A stretch of DNA of 64,000 nucleotides. Source: a virus. The notes beneath the pieces were generated by a model that searched no databases, was not told the DNA's origin, and saw only the letters and a program-made list of their open reading frames with translations. The position numbers and the translations under genes are program-made. Numbering within the stretch: position 1 is the stretch's first letter; every line of letters starts with the position of its first letter. Positions 12,001 through 21,677 of the stretch are shown piece after piece. The stretch is taken from IMG/VR virus record IMGVR_UViG_3300034418_012737, positions 1-64,000 of that record, one strand, 5' to 3'.

Positions 12001-13566
12001 TATAAACTCAGAACCCGTAGGAGGTAATAAGCTTCCCGAAGCATTGATACCAATTAATCCTGAGTATAATCCTTCTGAGGAAAAATTATTTTGGTATAAA
12101 TTTATACCCATAGATTTAAGGGCATCACCTACTAGATCTTTAGAGATTCCAAAATCTAATCTATTATCGGCATCATATCTATCAGATATAGCTTTTATGT
12201 AAGAATATAATATATCAAAGTGTTGTCCTATCATACTTAAGAACAACTTGTAACCATCATTATCAGGATCTTCAGCTAAATAATTAGGTATGCTATTTAT
12301 TAAACTATTTTGATTTTCATCATCATATAAAGAAGCACTTAACAATAAACCTCCATAATAAAGAGTGTTTTCTTGATTACTACCTAACCATTGAAGTACC
12401 TTTGTACTTCCTGTAGGAGATAAATTATAGGGGGGAAGTGAATTATCTTTAGGATAAGTTAAACTACTTGAATTATAATATAAATAATTTTCATACCCAT
12501 CAAAGTTTTTTATAATATTAGTTATATTATTTTCAAGTGTTTGGATACTAGCAGATACTTCTACAGAATTTCTATTAGATCCTGTAATATTATTTAATTC
12601 TGTTATAGAATAACTACAAGATTGAATTAAACCTACTTTATAGTAAAAGTTTTGTGCTCTTTGTTGGGCTGAACTAAAGTGAACAAAATTATTAAAAGAG
12701 GTATAATCTATGTTAACTTCTATTCCTTTTTGATTAAGTATATTTTGTAATCTATCATAAGAAGAAGTTAACTCAGTATTTTGAATTAAAAAATTATAAT
12801 CTACTTCTTCAGTAGAATTATTTACTTCACCTTGTAAAGGAATATTAAAATTAGGACCTTGTATATATTCTTTTTCTTTTTCAAGATCTATAGGTAAAGA
12901 AGGTATACTAACATTATACCCTATAGTTTCTGCTTTTTCTAAAAATACTTTTAAAGTAGTATCAACATCTATCTCAGAAGGAAGAGGTTGATATAATTTT
13001 AATAAAATAGTATTAGGAACCGTTGTAGTATCTAATAAAACATTATTAGCTATATAATATGAAGTACCTATATTTACATAAAAATCTTTTAAATATGGTC
13101 CCTCAAATATTCTAGAGCTTAAATTATTTACTAATACTTGTAATTCTTCATTACTTACATTATTATTAGTACTAATTCTAATTTCTTTTCTTGAAGGGGA
13201 GATTTCTTTTATAAAAAAGGTATATAAATTAGAATTTAAACTAGGCTCATAAAAATTATAATAAACATTATACTCTCCTATTTCATACCCAGCTTTTTCT
13301 AAATCGTTTAAAGGGTATAGTACTACATTTTGTATAGCATTAGTATTTATGGTATTTTTTACATTTCTTATTGTATAAGATGTTAAATCTGTATCTCTAT
13401 AAAGAAAAGTCCCATCTGGCAGTTTTACAGTAAAAACTACTGAATCTGTACTAGGGGCAAATATAGAAGAAGAATCAAAAGAGGGGATCAATGAAATTTG
13501 TTGTTCATTATACTCTTCTTGGGTAGGATAAACTTTATCCCCTTCTATTTGGTTTATACTAATCAT
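9070..13566 (-). CDS. Large baseplate wedge protein (gp7/P2 gpI-like segment)
   Basis: IPNYL...FLSMIGQHFD and LYHNLPYLLKKKGTVEGLRALIACYG are wedge-type motifs; 1498 aa. Confidence 0.7.
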   Translation of the reverse strand: MISINQIEGDKVYPTQEEYNEQQISLIPSFDSSSIFAPSTDSVVFTVKLPDGTFLYRDTDLTSYTIRNVKNTINTNAIQNVVLYPLNDLEKAGYEIGEYNVYYNFYEPSLNSNLYTFFIKEISPSRKEIRISTNNNVSNEELQVLVNNLSSRIFEGPYLKDFYVNIGTSYYIANNVLLDTTTVPNTILLKLYQPLPSEIDVDTTLKVFLEKAETIGYNVSIPSLPIDLEKEKEYIQGPNFNIPLQGEVNNSTEEVDYNFLIQNTELTSSYDRLQNILNQKGIEVNIDYTSFNNFVHFSSAQQRAQNFYYKVGLIQSCSYSITELNNITGSNRNSVEVSASIQTLENNITNIIKNFDGYENYLYYNSSSLTYPKDNSLPPYNLSPTGSTKVLQWLGSNQENTLYYGGLLLSASLYDDENQNSLINSIPNYLAEDPDNDGYKLFLSMIGQHFDILYSYIKAISDRYDADNRLDFGISKDLVGDALKSMGINLYQNNFSSEGLYSGLIGINASGSLLPPTGSEFISTYITSSNEAIPLSNLNKEVYKRLYHNLPYLLKKKGTVEGLRALIACYGIPDTILRISEFGGKDKIPHNDWDYHQNVFSYYVTNTGSEDAYVEADWKVNPLWNSLNDVPETIAFRFKPSNIVPSGSERAIVATISGSTATSFLTLEYTGSGYSSGSYSGSIPSASNDYATLSYYNNPTSSALVQVNAPFYNGEWWSVMLSRTDIFGNAELYTLRTGCKIYNGNDGFKIGPTGSDTGDLFYMIQAYGESYYGTSIYGDDASEEAWFSGSKFYLPFNSSSGDIINSLTYYPLTGSWQELRYYNDYISQSTFDDYVMNPRSIEGTYPTSSEESLIFRASLDLLESVDDSYYILQENAFLIGLENESGYVLRETFSDSPLGFISVHPKVTGSYEYANDPYSFYFKDGYATSSFITIPFTGSIYGGATYGNPVDEYGNITQEVGNSVYQVHPGLRFEGETDFYYYDQPAIGIRNRISEKIRIVSHSLVEGDVLSPYRTIQQQYNTPRSNNYTKDINYSEIAFSPQNEINDDINSSFGHFNIGDYIGDPRQISSSATSYPNLDQLRNTYFLKYYTNYNWTDYVRLLKYFDNSLFKLIKDFTPARSSVSTGLVIKQHLLERNKYRPPQVNYSNHEYSASITSGFISGGAGGVFNVYNVLPPIFTGSFYGSAVYGVTDVYGISNLIEYNGYKQLCTKNIITPSGSLGYTTSTQDEFYNGELCGSNIIVTTGSLNCPLTKITNPTSSIFEFSKSGDTGVYILTSSLEFNPPANNGRTTKDKLIFYKPNNNEGITHIQIGSTTPLGLNLTSSLDLYRSGDILSIELETTNGNYPTQPELQNFDFEIAGISKNYDNGTGLDYYFIEVNNPKKVMEGAPIFVNDNGQYNTLSSLDITMNLVINTNNIQKIMCSAPLLNNTSNTRLSEKFMEIDYSLKAITPINFYPIVSNTAKRAPVQDYNYNTTLKNARYEGVRVSSPDFNINIENG

Positions 13567-14042
13567 TACTCAGGAATATCTTGTTGGCTAGCCGAAGTAA
13601 AGAATAAAGCATCTAATACTTCTTGTTGTAAAGTTAAATTTTCTTCTCTTAATTGCGTTATCTCATCTAACAAAGCCTGAATATCAGGACCTTGAGTTGA
13701 AGTGTTAGCATAATCTGAGCTTTGTTGCACTAAATATTGGTGGGAATTAGAATCTCCTTCTTTAGGAATTTCAAAAAATAACTCATCATATAACTCAAAA
13801 AAATCCTCTACAGTAGGAGTAGGTTCTTCCTCAGGGACTGGGGGGGATAGTTCTGTAAAGGTAGTGTTAATAGTATTATTATAAGAATCCCTATTGTATA
13901 TTTTTTTTACTAAGGGAGTTTCTTTTTCTACTTCGTTATGAGTTTCCCCTTTCATTAAAGTACCATCAGGCATATAATGGTAACCTAAAGGTGCAGGGGG
14001 CCTCGGAGGTAAAAATGGATTATTTAGATAATTTTCAGCCAT
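13566..14042 (-). CDS. Hypothetical structural-region protein with a GYHYMPDGTLM motif and C-terminal coiled coil
   Basis: ORF track; coupled to both neighbours. Confidence 0.55.
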   Translation of the reverse strand: MAENYLNNPFLPPRPPAPLGYHYMPDGTLMKGETHNEVEKETPLVKKIYNRDSYNNTINTTFTELSPPVPEEEPTPTVEDFFELYDELFFEIPKEGDSNSHQYLVQQSSDYANTSTQGPDIQALLDEITQLREENLTLQQEVLDALFFTSASQQDIPE

Positions 14043-15162
14043 TTATTACTTTAAAATAATAATTATCATCTAACACTAAAGTTTCCCCTTCTATATCAGT
14101 TTTAATTAAAATTTGATAATACCTCTCAGGTTCTAAACCATTCATATACAATGTAAAGTAACTACTTTTACTATCAGCACTTATTTGAGTGTAATTAGTA
14201 TCAAAATCTATAATAAATTCATTTGTGTCTAAATCTTTAATTGCATAATAAGAAGAAGTAGGTAAATAGTAATTAATTGTATATAAAGAAGCAGTTTGAA
14301 ATACTCTAGTAGGAAATTGAGGTCTACAATTTACTCTAAATTTTTCTACACTATCCCTCCTATATAAATTTTTGTTATTATCTAAAGAAGCTACTAATCT
14401 AGAAGTATTAATTATAGTATTTGTTGAGGATCCTGTATTAAAATTGTAATCTCTCCATTTTATAGCTAATAATGGGGGATAAATAGTATGGGTATCTTTT
14501 GAAAAATACCTTAGTGTAGTATTATAATTTCTATCTGGAATAAATTCGTCTTTCTGTTTGAGGAGTAGACCATCGTTAGTAAATCCTCCAAGTCCATTTG
14601 AAGAACTATACCAATTTAATGTAATATTTGTAACATTAATATCAATATCTAAGCTAGAACTTAAGATTTGGCTTGAAGTTACATTTAATTCTAAAGTTGA
14701 GCCTGTGTACCAATTTCCTCCTCCATAGTTGGAGCCACTAAATGAAGCAGTTACATAAGGTGAAAAGCTAGAAGTTGCCCAAGGATTTACTCCTGAGGAT
14801 GTTTTATCCTTCCATGAGACCCCATTTCTAGTCTCAGGCTCATTAGAAAATCTCCCAGTACCCATTTGCCAAGATCCGGAAACAGCATAAGCTTCTAAAA
14901 CCGTATTTAAGTTAACCCCATAAGAATTAGCTATAAAGCATTTTAAATTAGATTGAAAAGTAGAAGTTTCTACTTTATTATCTATAATATCATTAATTTC
15001 ACTTTGAGGAAATTTTATAAGGAATCTACTTGTTTGTGGATATAAGCTAGGTTCATCAAAAAATGTAGAAGTTTCCATAATTTCATCCAATCCTGTGTTT
15101 AATTCAGGATATCCTGAGTACATGGTTGCATCTTTTTCAGGGTAAATGTGGTATACTGCCAT
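14035..15162 (-). CDS. Virion structural protein (DNRLRE-like N-terminus)
   Basis: IYPEKDATMYSGYPELNTG...SRFLIKF...PPLLAIKW pattern. Confidence 0.55.
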   Translation of the reverse strand: MAVYHIYPEKDATMYSGYPELNTGLDEIMETSTFFDEPSLYPQTSRFLIKFPQSEINDIIDNKVETSTFQSNLKCFIANSYGVNLNTVLEAYAVSGSWQMGTGRFSNEPETRNGVSWKDKTSSGVNPWATSSFSPYVTASFSGSNYGGGNWYTGSTLELNVTSSQILSSSLDIDINVTNITLNWYSSSNGLGGFTNDGLLLKQKDEFIPDRNYNTTLRYFSKDTHTIYPPLLAIKWRDYNFNTGSSTNTIINTSRLVASLDNNKNLYRRDSVEKFRVNCRPQFPTRVFQTASLYTINYYLPTSSYYAIKDLDTNEFIIDFDTNYTQISADSKSSYFTLYMNGLEPERYYQILIKTDIEGETLVLDDNYYFKVING

Positions 15163-15172
15163 AGGTTTAGGT

Positions 15173-17083
15173 TTATAGAGGAACTACTCTTCCTTTAATA
15201 TCTGTGTTAGGATTTTTAAGTTCAAAAATTGAAGGATCCTTAGATGGATAAATTATCCCATTTAAAGTAGCTCCTTTCATATCATAACCATATTTAGAGT
15301 ACCCTAAAGACTCACCAGCTATGTTTTCTATAGTAATAGATTTAGTATTTTGTACCCCTTCAATAGCATTGAGATTTATATATAACTGGTTTAACTCAAT
15401 AGGTTGGTTTATTTGGGCTTTAGAAGTATCAAAGTAATTAGATATAGTATTAATACACTTTACTATTAATTCATTACTATTATAATTAGGTAAAGTTACT
15501 ATTTCAAACTTAACCCTAAAATTAATTATAAAAGCATCTTTAATTCTGACTGAATCATTTATTATACGGTATTGGGATAAATAAGTAGCTAGATTGCGCT
15601 TTAAAGTATTAGAAGGGGTAGCAAGAGTGCCATCACTATTATAAGCACACACATATAAATCTAGTGTAGGTAAAGCTTCATTTATATTTTTATCTTGCAA
15701 AGTAGGAATTTCTGCATAAGCTTTAGCTAAAGAACCATATTTAGAAGGCATACTAAGAGCCCTAACTAAATAATCTTCTTTAGTAACTGCTCTTAATTGG
15801 CTCGCATAATTAGCTATTATATTATACCTTAAATCTTCCATAGAATCTCCATTCCCCCCTCCGGTTGATTTATTAGGATTAGTACAAGTTAAAGAATTAA
15901 AGGTATCTTGGGCAAGATTAGGGTCTAAAGTATCAAATGCAAATTTAACTTGGGAAGTATTTAATCCTGTTAAAGTATTAGCAGGGATATTAGCCCCAAC
16001 CCCTCCCCCAGTAAGGTATCTTACAGTTAAAGTAGTATTTGAAGGAGCAATACCATAAGTTTTAGTGTATAAAAAATTAGAAGGATCATAAGCTGTAGTA
16101 AGCTTATTTCTAGTAACAGGAAGTCCTATACCTACATTTTCAGGGTTAGGAGTAATTTCTTCATCAAAGTCTTGAGTAGTACCTGCTCCAAATTGAAGTT
16201 GGAGGGTAGCAGATCCACTATTTAGATTATTGTTACTTACAAATCTTGAAACAAATCTTCTAGGAACTTTTTCTAAACTTAAAATATAGGGAACTTCACT
16301 ATAATCAGATTGAGCATTAATGTCATTAGGAAAAGGATTAGTATTTTTAATTGTATTAAAAATTGTTTCTTGAGCTAGATAATCTACCTCTTTCCATTCA
16401 TTCCCATCTGAATCATACACATCCAGGATTCCTATAAGATTTTGGTCTTGAATTTCAAAAGTAGAAAATCTTTCTGGTTCCCCCGCCGAGAAATTAATAC
16501 TAGCTATAGTTGCAGAGTACGCCTCTACTGTTTTTTTAAGTAAAAAACTTTGAGGTGTATCACCTTCAATGGCATACACAGATACAATTGTAGGATCTAA
16601 AGAACTAGATTGACTAAAATCAACTACATTTTGTGTAATAAAATTTATATTAGATTCACCATCTGTTGTGATGCTAGTATTCTCAGGTATTATTAAGGAA
16701 TAACTAAAATCAGGAATATCCCTACCTAGGGTAGGATTATATATTGCTGGAACTATTTGGAATATTTCAACTTCTGTAGTTGAAGGAGTGCTAACACTGG
16801 GTTTATACCCCATCATATAAGCTAAAGCATATAAATTATTTAATTGTTTAGCATACTGTGTAAAATTTTCTTGAATTTGGTTATCTGTATAGAAGGCCAT
16901 AATGTCTCCTACATAAGAAGCCATTTCTATAAACATAGTGCTAGGAGAAGCAGGACTAAAATCTGTTACAGTATTAGGGAAATAAGTTTTAGCAAATTCT
17001 ATCAGATTTGCTCTTAATTCTGTAAAGTCTCTATTTACATACTTAATATCCCTATTAATTTTATTTTGGTTATTGTATCTCAT
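15173..17083 (-). CDS. Baseplate wedge subunit (T4 gp6/baseplate J-like)
   Basis: RDFTELRANLIEFAKTYFP..TDF, GGGVGAN, GGGNGDSMEDLR, QLRAVTKEDY motifs. Confidence 0.9.
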   Translation of the reverse strand: MRYNNQNKINRDIKYVNRDFTELRANLIEFAKTYFPNTVTDFSPASPSTMFIEMASYVGDIMAFYTDNQIQENFTQYAKQLNNLYALAYMMGYKPSVSTPSTTEVEIFQIVPAIYNPTLGRDIPDFSYSLIIPENTSITTDGESNINFITQNVVDFSQSSSLDPTIVSVYAIEGDTPQSFLLKKTVEAYSATIASINFSAGEPERFSTFEIQDQNLIGILDVYDSDGNEWKEVDYLAQETIFNTIKNTNPFPNDINAQSDYSEVPYILSLEKVPRRFVSRFVSNNNLNSGSATLQLQFGAGTTQDFDEEITPNPENVGIGLPVTRNKLTTAYDPSNFLYTKTYGIAPSNTTLTVRYLTGGGVGANIPANTLTGLNTSQVKFAFDTLDPNLAQDTFNSLTCTNPNKSTGGGNGDSMEDLRYNIIANYASQLRAVTKEDYLVRALSMPSKYGSLAKAYAEIPTLQDKNINEALPTLDLYVCAYNSDGTLATPSNTLKRNLATYLSQYRIINDSVRIKDAFIINFRVKFEIVTLPNYNSNELIVKCINTISNYFDTSKAQINQPIELNQLYINLNAIEGVQNTKSITIENIAGESLGYSKYGYDMKGATLNGIIYPSKDPSIFELKNPNTDIKGRVVPL

Positions 17084-17508
17084 TAAACAATAATATTAAA
17101 TTCAACGAATTCATTTAAACTATTAAAAACCGAGTAAAATATTTGAATTGTAACTGTATGATATTCAGTATCAGGGATTACATTTATAGAGGTAACTTTT
17201 ATTTGGGGAAATATTAAACTTACTTCTTCTTGTATTTGTCCTTTTAAAGTAGATATATTAAAATCATCTATTTGTTCAAATACAAAATTATTTATTACAC
17301 TCCCAAAATTAGGATTAAAAATTCTTTCTCCTTTCATATGTAAAAAATAATTAATAAGATTATATTTAATCTGTTCAGCAGTAGTATAATTTACCTTAAA
17401 TAAGGAATCAGAACCTGAAGTAGGGGAGGCTAGGAAAGGTAAAGCTAGTCCTATCCCAGTACTTTCTTGAAAATCTAAAGCAGGTATGTTTCCTATTTTA
17501 ATACTCAT
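17083..17508 (-). CDS. Baseplate wedge protein, gp25/GPW-like (sheath initiator)
   Basis: IKYNLINYFLHMKGERIFNPNFGS...FE signature. Confidence 0.9.
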   Translation of the reverse strand: MSIKIGNIPALDFQESTGIGLALPFLASPTSGSDSLFKVNYTTAEQIKYNLINYFLHMKGERIFNPNFGSVINNFVFEQIDDFNISTLKGQIQEEVSLIFPQIKVTSINVIPDTEYHTVTIQIFYSVFNSLNEFVEFNIIV

Positions 17509-17846
17509 TTTTTACCCATTAAATTCATTATTTGATCCATAGAAACATTCCCGTCAGGAAGGCTTGATCCTTGAGAAGTTGTATCTACAGTTCTTATTTG
17601 TAGGGGCCTTTCAACATGTTGACTATTAAAAGCATTCCCCATATCTCCTAATATGTTTTGGTATGCCGCTCTCTTTTCAGCGGAGCTCATAGAAGGCCCT
17701 TCAATTACTTGTTGTTTAGGTTGAACACTTTCAACTACAGCTTGTTTAGGAGCACGAACTGCTTCAAGAAGGATGTCTTTTATTTCTTCTTGTATTGCTT
17801 CTTTAACTGCTTGTTTTATTATTTTTTTTAAAGCGTCTTGTTTCAT
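17505..17846 (-). CDS. Conserved hypothetical phage protein (possible head-associated)
   Basis: LKKIIKQAVKEAIQEE..ILLE N-terminus; ATATTTAT motif 5 nt upstream. Confidence 0.6.
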   Translation of the reverse strand: MKQDALKKIIKQAVKEAIQEEIKDILLEAVRAPKQAVVESVQPKQQVIEGPSMSSAEKRAAYQNILGDMGNAFNSQHVERPLQIRTVDTTSQGSSLPDGNVSMDQIMNLMGKK

Positions 17847-17862
17847 TAATTATAAATATTAT

Positions 17863-19065
17863 TTATTTTGCTTCTATATCTTCTATGTCAATTAAAAATT
17901 TTAATTCATTTATTAATACACTAGGGTCTGATGCAAAAGATGAATCACTAGTTAGTTGTACTTGCCCTTTAGTGTTTAAAGCAACTGCATATCTTAAGGG
18001 CCAAGGAGTAGTATTAGATTTATCAAATCTTATTTCAAATGTAAAACCTTTATATTGATAAGAATTATTATTTACATCTTGTTCATTAATAGCTTCTAAA
18101 GTTTCTACCCCTAATTCATTTAAAAGATTATTAATATCTTGATAATTAGTACTTTCTTCCCCAGGTGAAAAGGTTCCTATAGGCAACCCCCCAGGGTTAA
18201 ATGCTCCAGTACCAATACCTGTACCTGTACCTGTACCTGTACCTGTACCTGTACCTGTACCTGTACCTGTACCTGTACCTGTACCTGTACCTGTACCTGT
18301 GCCTGTGCCTGTGCCTGTATTTATATCTATCCCAGTATTTCCCCCTATGCCTCCATTTATATTTGCATTTGAAGCATTAGCACGTTCTTGTAGTACACTA
18401 TTTTGGGCGCATACTAAAGTTAGTATATCTAAAAATTCTAGAGCATCTTGGATGTCCCCTATTATGTCACTTATAATATCCCCTACTTCTTTTATTCCAC
18501 ATCCTATCCTAGCAAATTGTTCTAGTAATTTTTTTAAATTCTCTAATATATCACCTGCAAAATTTATAGCTCCTGTGGGGACAACAGCAGCAGGAATAGG
18601 GGCAAATTTAATAACTTTTAATACAACTTTTAAAGGAGGGGGAATTTTACTAACAGTTTTACCTGTTTTAAGTAAGGTATTAACTTTATTTTCAATTTGT
18701 TCTAAACCCTTTGCAATATTATTTCTTTTTTTAATAATATTTTCCAACTCAGATTTAGTAGGACATGATGTATTTAATTGGGTTAATATATCATCTCCAT
18801 ACTCTTGTCTAAGAGTATTTAATGTTATATTATTACCATATTTAGCTTTTAAAGCTTGGGGGTCTATGTTTTTTAAATTCCCAAAAGAATTTTTTAATCC
18901 TTCTATTTGATTTATAATCCTTTCTTTGATAACAAAAACTTGGGCAAGAATAGTTTGTACTAAAGTTGCTATGGGATTTGGGGCACAAGGATTGGTTAAA
19001 GCATCTAAAGCACCTGCTACTTCATCTCCTAATTTTTCTTTTATTTTATCCTTTAATTTACCCAT
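17863..19065 (-). CDS. Hypothetical helical protein with a (Gly-Thr)n linker
   Basis: ORF track; GT dipeptide tract. Confidence 0.6.
   Translation of the reverse strand: MGKLKDKIKEKLGDEVAGALDALTNPCAPNPIATLVQTILAQVFVIKERIINQIEGLKNSFGNLKNIDPQALKAKYGNNITLNTLRQEYGDDILTQLNTSCPTKSELENIIKKRNNIAKGLEQIENKVNTLLKTGKTVSKIPPPLKVVLKVIKFAPIPAAVVPTGAINFAGDILENLKKLLEQFARIGCGIKEVGDIISDIIGDIQDALEFLDILTLVCAQNSVLQERANASNANINGGIGGNTGIDINTGTGTGTGTGTGTGTGTGTGTGTGTGTGTGTGTGIGTGAFNPGGLPIGTFSPGEESTNYQDINNLLNELGVETLEAINEQDVNNNSYQYKGFTFEIRFDKSNTTPWPLRYAVALNTKGQVQLTSDSSFASDPSVLINELKFLIDIEDIEAK
18217..18318. repeat. Hexanucleotide tandem repeat (ACCTGT)14(GCCTGT)3
   Basis: 14 perfect ACCTGT units at 18217-18300, then 3 GCCTGT units. 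Confidence 0.95.
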
Positions 19066-20318
19066 TATAAAGTTTTACAAATAGGAGATTTTATATATTC
19101 GTTTCTTAATTTAGTTACTTGGGTAGTTAAAGTTTGTTTAGCAGCAGTTGCAGAAGCATTTACAGGTATATTAGGAACCCCAGCAGGAAATCCTACAAGA
19201 GTTTCTAGGGTTCCTAATACTAAAATTAATTGATCTAAAACTGATACTAATACCTCGGTTGTTTTTCCCCCTAGTGCCACAGGTTCAGTTGCATTTTTAC
19301 TTCCTAAGTAAATAGTGTGCAAACCTTGGGAATCCTTTTTAGCATTTAAATTATTACAGTTTATAACAAATTTATCCTTAGAATCTATGTTAACTGTTCC
19401 TTGGGAATTTAAGTTTATAGATGTAGCAGAATTTATAAGAGTATGATCAGAATTAGAATTTAACACTAATCTACCAGAATTAATTACTACTTGTGAAGAA
19501 TCAAATTCATTAATAAATTTAGGAGCGATATCATATGAACCATAACTAAAAGTATTAGCTTCTAAGGGTACAGTTTGTTTAGTAGTTAAATATATAGAAG
19601 CACTATCACTCTGGATGTTTTCTTCTATAGTAATACCAGGATCTTGTGATTCTCCTTGTCCGCTTCTTATTATAACATTAGCGTATTCTCCTTTATTACT
19701 CCCAAGTTTTATAGAATTACCAAATCTTCCTTCTATCAAAACATCCCCTTCCTGAGGTTGGAGAGGATTAACCCCTGTAGTTTTTTTAAATGTTTTACCT
19801 AATGAAAATTCTGTAATTTTATTGGTAATTTTATTAGTGCTTCCTACTTCTGCTTGTTGTGGGGATTTTCCTAATTTTGAATAATAACTTTGAGGAACTA
19901 AATAGGGAGAACTATTTACATTAGTATTTTTCCATATGTTAATAGGGGGAAAATAATAAAATATAGGAGAAATATTTTTTTGTTCCCAAGGATTAGCATT
20001 AGGGAGAATTATGGCAAATACTAGTTCTCCTATTAAAGGATAATGTTTTATGTTAGCAAAATAAGGATAAGCATATGAATAAAACTCTTCATTTTTAGCA
20101 GATGTTGTAATATTTTCGAATAAAATTGCCCCAATAGCATCCCACCCACCAGCATTTTCAAAATCTTTATCTGATGGGGATAAAATTATGTCTTTAACCC
20201 TTAGTACTGCAAATCCTGAAGAGTTACTAAGGTTAGAAGGGTTTATGTTTTGTTTAGTAGAGGTACCAAATAAACTTCCCCCCATACTTGCAAATCCGTA
20301 TTCCGCTTTCCCAGGCAT
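19065..20318 (-). CDS. Baseplate hub/spike protein (gp5/gpV-like)
   Basis: N-terminal OB-like YP...PLIGELV, EGDVLIEGRFGNSIKLG, beta-helix repeats, IYLGS..ATEPVALG. Confidence 0.7.
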   Translation of the reverse strand: MPGKAEYGFASMGGSLFGTSTKQNINPSNLSNSSGFAVLRVKDIILSPSDKDFENAGGWDAIGAILFENITTSAKNEEFYSYAYPYFANIKHYPLIGELVFAIILPNANPWEQKNISPIFYYFPPINIWKNTNVNSSPYLVPQSYYSKLGKSPQQAEVGSTNKITNKITEFSLGKTFKKTTGVNPLQPQEGDVLIEGRFGNSIKLGSNKGEYANVIIRSGQGESQDPGITIEENIQSDSASIYLTTKQTVPLEANTFSYGSYDIAPKFINEFDSSQVVINSGRLVLNSNSDHTLINSATSINLNSQGTVNIDSKDKFVINCNNLNAKKDSQGLHTIYLGSKNATEPVALGGKTTEVLVSVLDQLILVLGTLETLVGFPAGVPNIPVNASATAAKQTLTTQVTKLRNEYIKSPICKTL

Positions 20319-20656
20319 TATTTTTTATCTTTACCGAATTTTTTTATCTCTCCTAATAACTGCTCTTTTTCAGCATCTGTCATACCAAAACCCTCATCAT
20401 CAGTATCATTTTGAACTGCTTTTTGGACAATATTTGCCATTTTAATAAGCTGTTCATCGTTCTTAACAGATATTTCGAGATATTCTTTAAGTAAAGGAAC
20501 TACCAAGGTAGCATCCCCAATATCTTGAATAAGAGGTTTTAACTCAGAAATAAGAGTAGAAATTTGTTCTTCTTTTTTCTTTTGATTATTGTAAATTTCT
20601 TCAAGAAGATCAGAAAACTTTTTATTTCCAAATATACTTTTATCTAGCTGTCCCAT
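20318..20656 (-). CDS. Conserved hypothetical phage protein
   Basis: Helical ORF; ATATTTAT-N4-ATG. Confidence 0.6.
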   Translation of the reverse strand: MGQLDKSIFGNKKFSDLLEEIYNNQKKKEEQISTLISELKPLIQDIGDATLVVPLLKEYLEISVKNDEQLIKMANIVQKAVQNDTDDEGFGMTDAEKEQLLGEIKKFGKDKK

Positions 20657-20673
20657 GACAATAAATATAAATA

Positions 20674-21399
20674 TTACTCAAAATTTGTGTATCCGTTTTC
20701 TAAATAAAAAATATAATGAGTTTTATAAATATCAAATAATTTATTAGCTATTTTAGTTATATGGGGAGTTTTAACATCTACCATTTCTCTAATGTAGATA
20801 TAAAGAGCTTTTTTATTAAAAACATCTAAATTTTCCCTATGTTCAAAAATAGAAAGAATAGCATCTGCTACTTGAGCATCTCTTTGTTTAGGAAATAAAT
20901 TTTCTAACTGAGAAGTACAATGTCCCACAAATTCATCAATAAAATCAGACAAATGATCTTTTTCTAAGGGGTCATCTTCTAAGTCATATAAAAAATCTGA
21001 AGAGGGGACATTGTGGTATAATTCTTCAATTGGGGATTTATCTACTCTTTTTTTATAGTTTTTAGTATTTTGTATAATTAAATACCGTTTAGCAATTGTC
21101 CCAAAGTATGAAAAAGCTTTAGCTCCCCGCTCAGGATTAAATAAATGAATTTTATCTAATAAAAATGTAATAACCTCATGTTGAAGGTGTTCAATTTCAT
21201 CTACCTCGGTATAATAAAATTTAAAAGTATGGATTATATTTTCCGTTAGTTTAAAAAAAGCGTAGTGGATCTCATCTCGATAGATCCTACTACGCTCTTC
21301 CGGGTCAATTGTATTATTATATTTTACTATAGCATCCTCTGTTGCTTGAGTAAAGTATTGATTTTTAGTTTTCTTTTTTCTTTTTCTTATTTCACTCAT
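20674..21399 (-). CDS. Phage RNA polymerase sigma factor (T4 gp55-like late sigma)
   Basis: KIHLFNPERGAKAFSYFGTIAKRYLI resembles the sigma region-2 motif of gp55-type proteins. Confidence 0.7.
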   Translation of the reverse strand: MSEIRKRKKKTKNQYFTQATEDAIVKYNNTIDPEERSRIYRDEIHYAFFKLTENIIHTFKFYYTEVDEIEHLQHEVITFLLDKIHLFNPERGAKAFSYFGTIAKRYLIIQNTKNYKKRVDKSPIEELYHNVPSSDFLYDLEDDPLEKDHLSDFIDEFVGHCTSQLENLFPKQRDAQVADAILSIFEHRENLDVFNKKALYIYIREMVDVKTPHITKIANKLFDIYKTHYIFYLENGYTNFE

Positions 21400-21677
21400 A
21401 ATTTATCTATCCTAAATTGGGATAGAATTCTCTGAAGTTCTTTTATTTGTTCATACATGAAGCCAATCTCGTCATCGCTTTTAAAGATTCCACGCTCGTC
21501 TATTTTTTTGAGCTTTTCATCAGAGATTTCTATAATTCGACTTAATTGATCCAAGTAAGTAATATACCCCGTAAGTATATCTTCTTGTTTTTCATTTTTA
21601 CGTAAGAGGTTAAAGGTTGTGAATCCTAAGACCACAACCAAAACCCCTAATATACTGATGACGATAGTTTCTATCAT
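21396..21677 (-). CDS. Small membrane-anchored protein
   Basis: N-terminal TM helix followed by a coiled coil. Confidence 0.6.
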   Translation of the reverse strand: MIETIVISILGVLVVVLGFTTFNLLRKNEKQEDILTGYITYLDQLSRIIEISDEKLKKIDERGIFKSDDEIGFMYEQIKELQRILSQFRIDKL

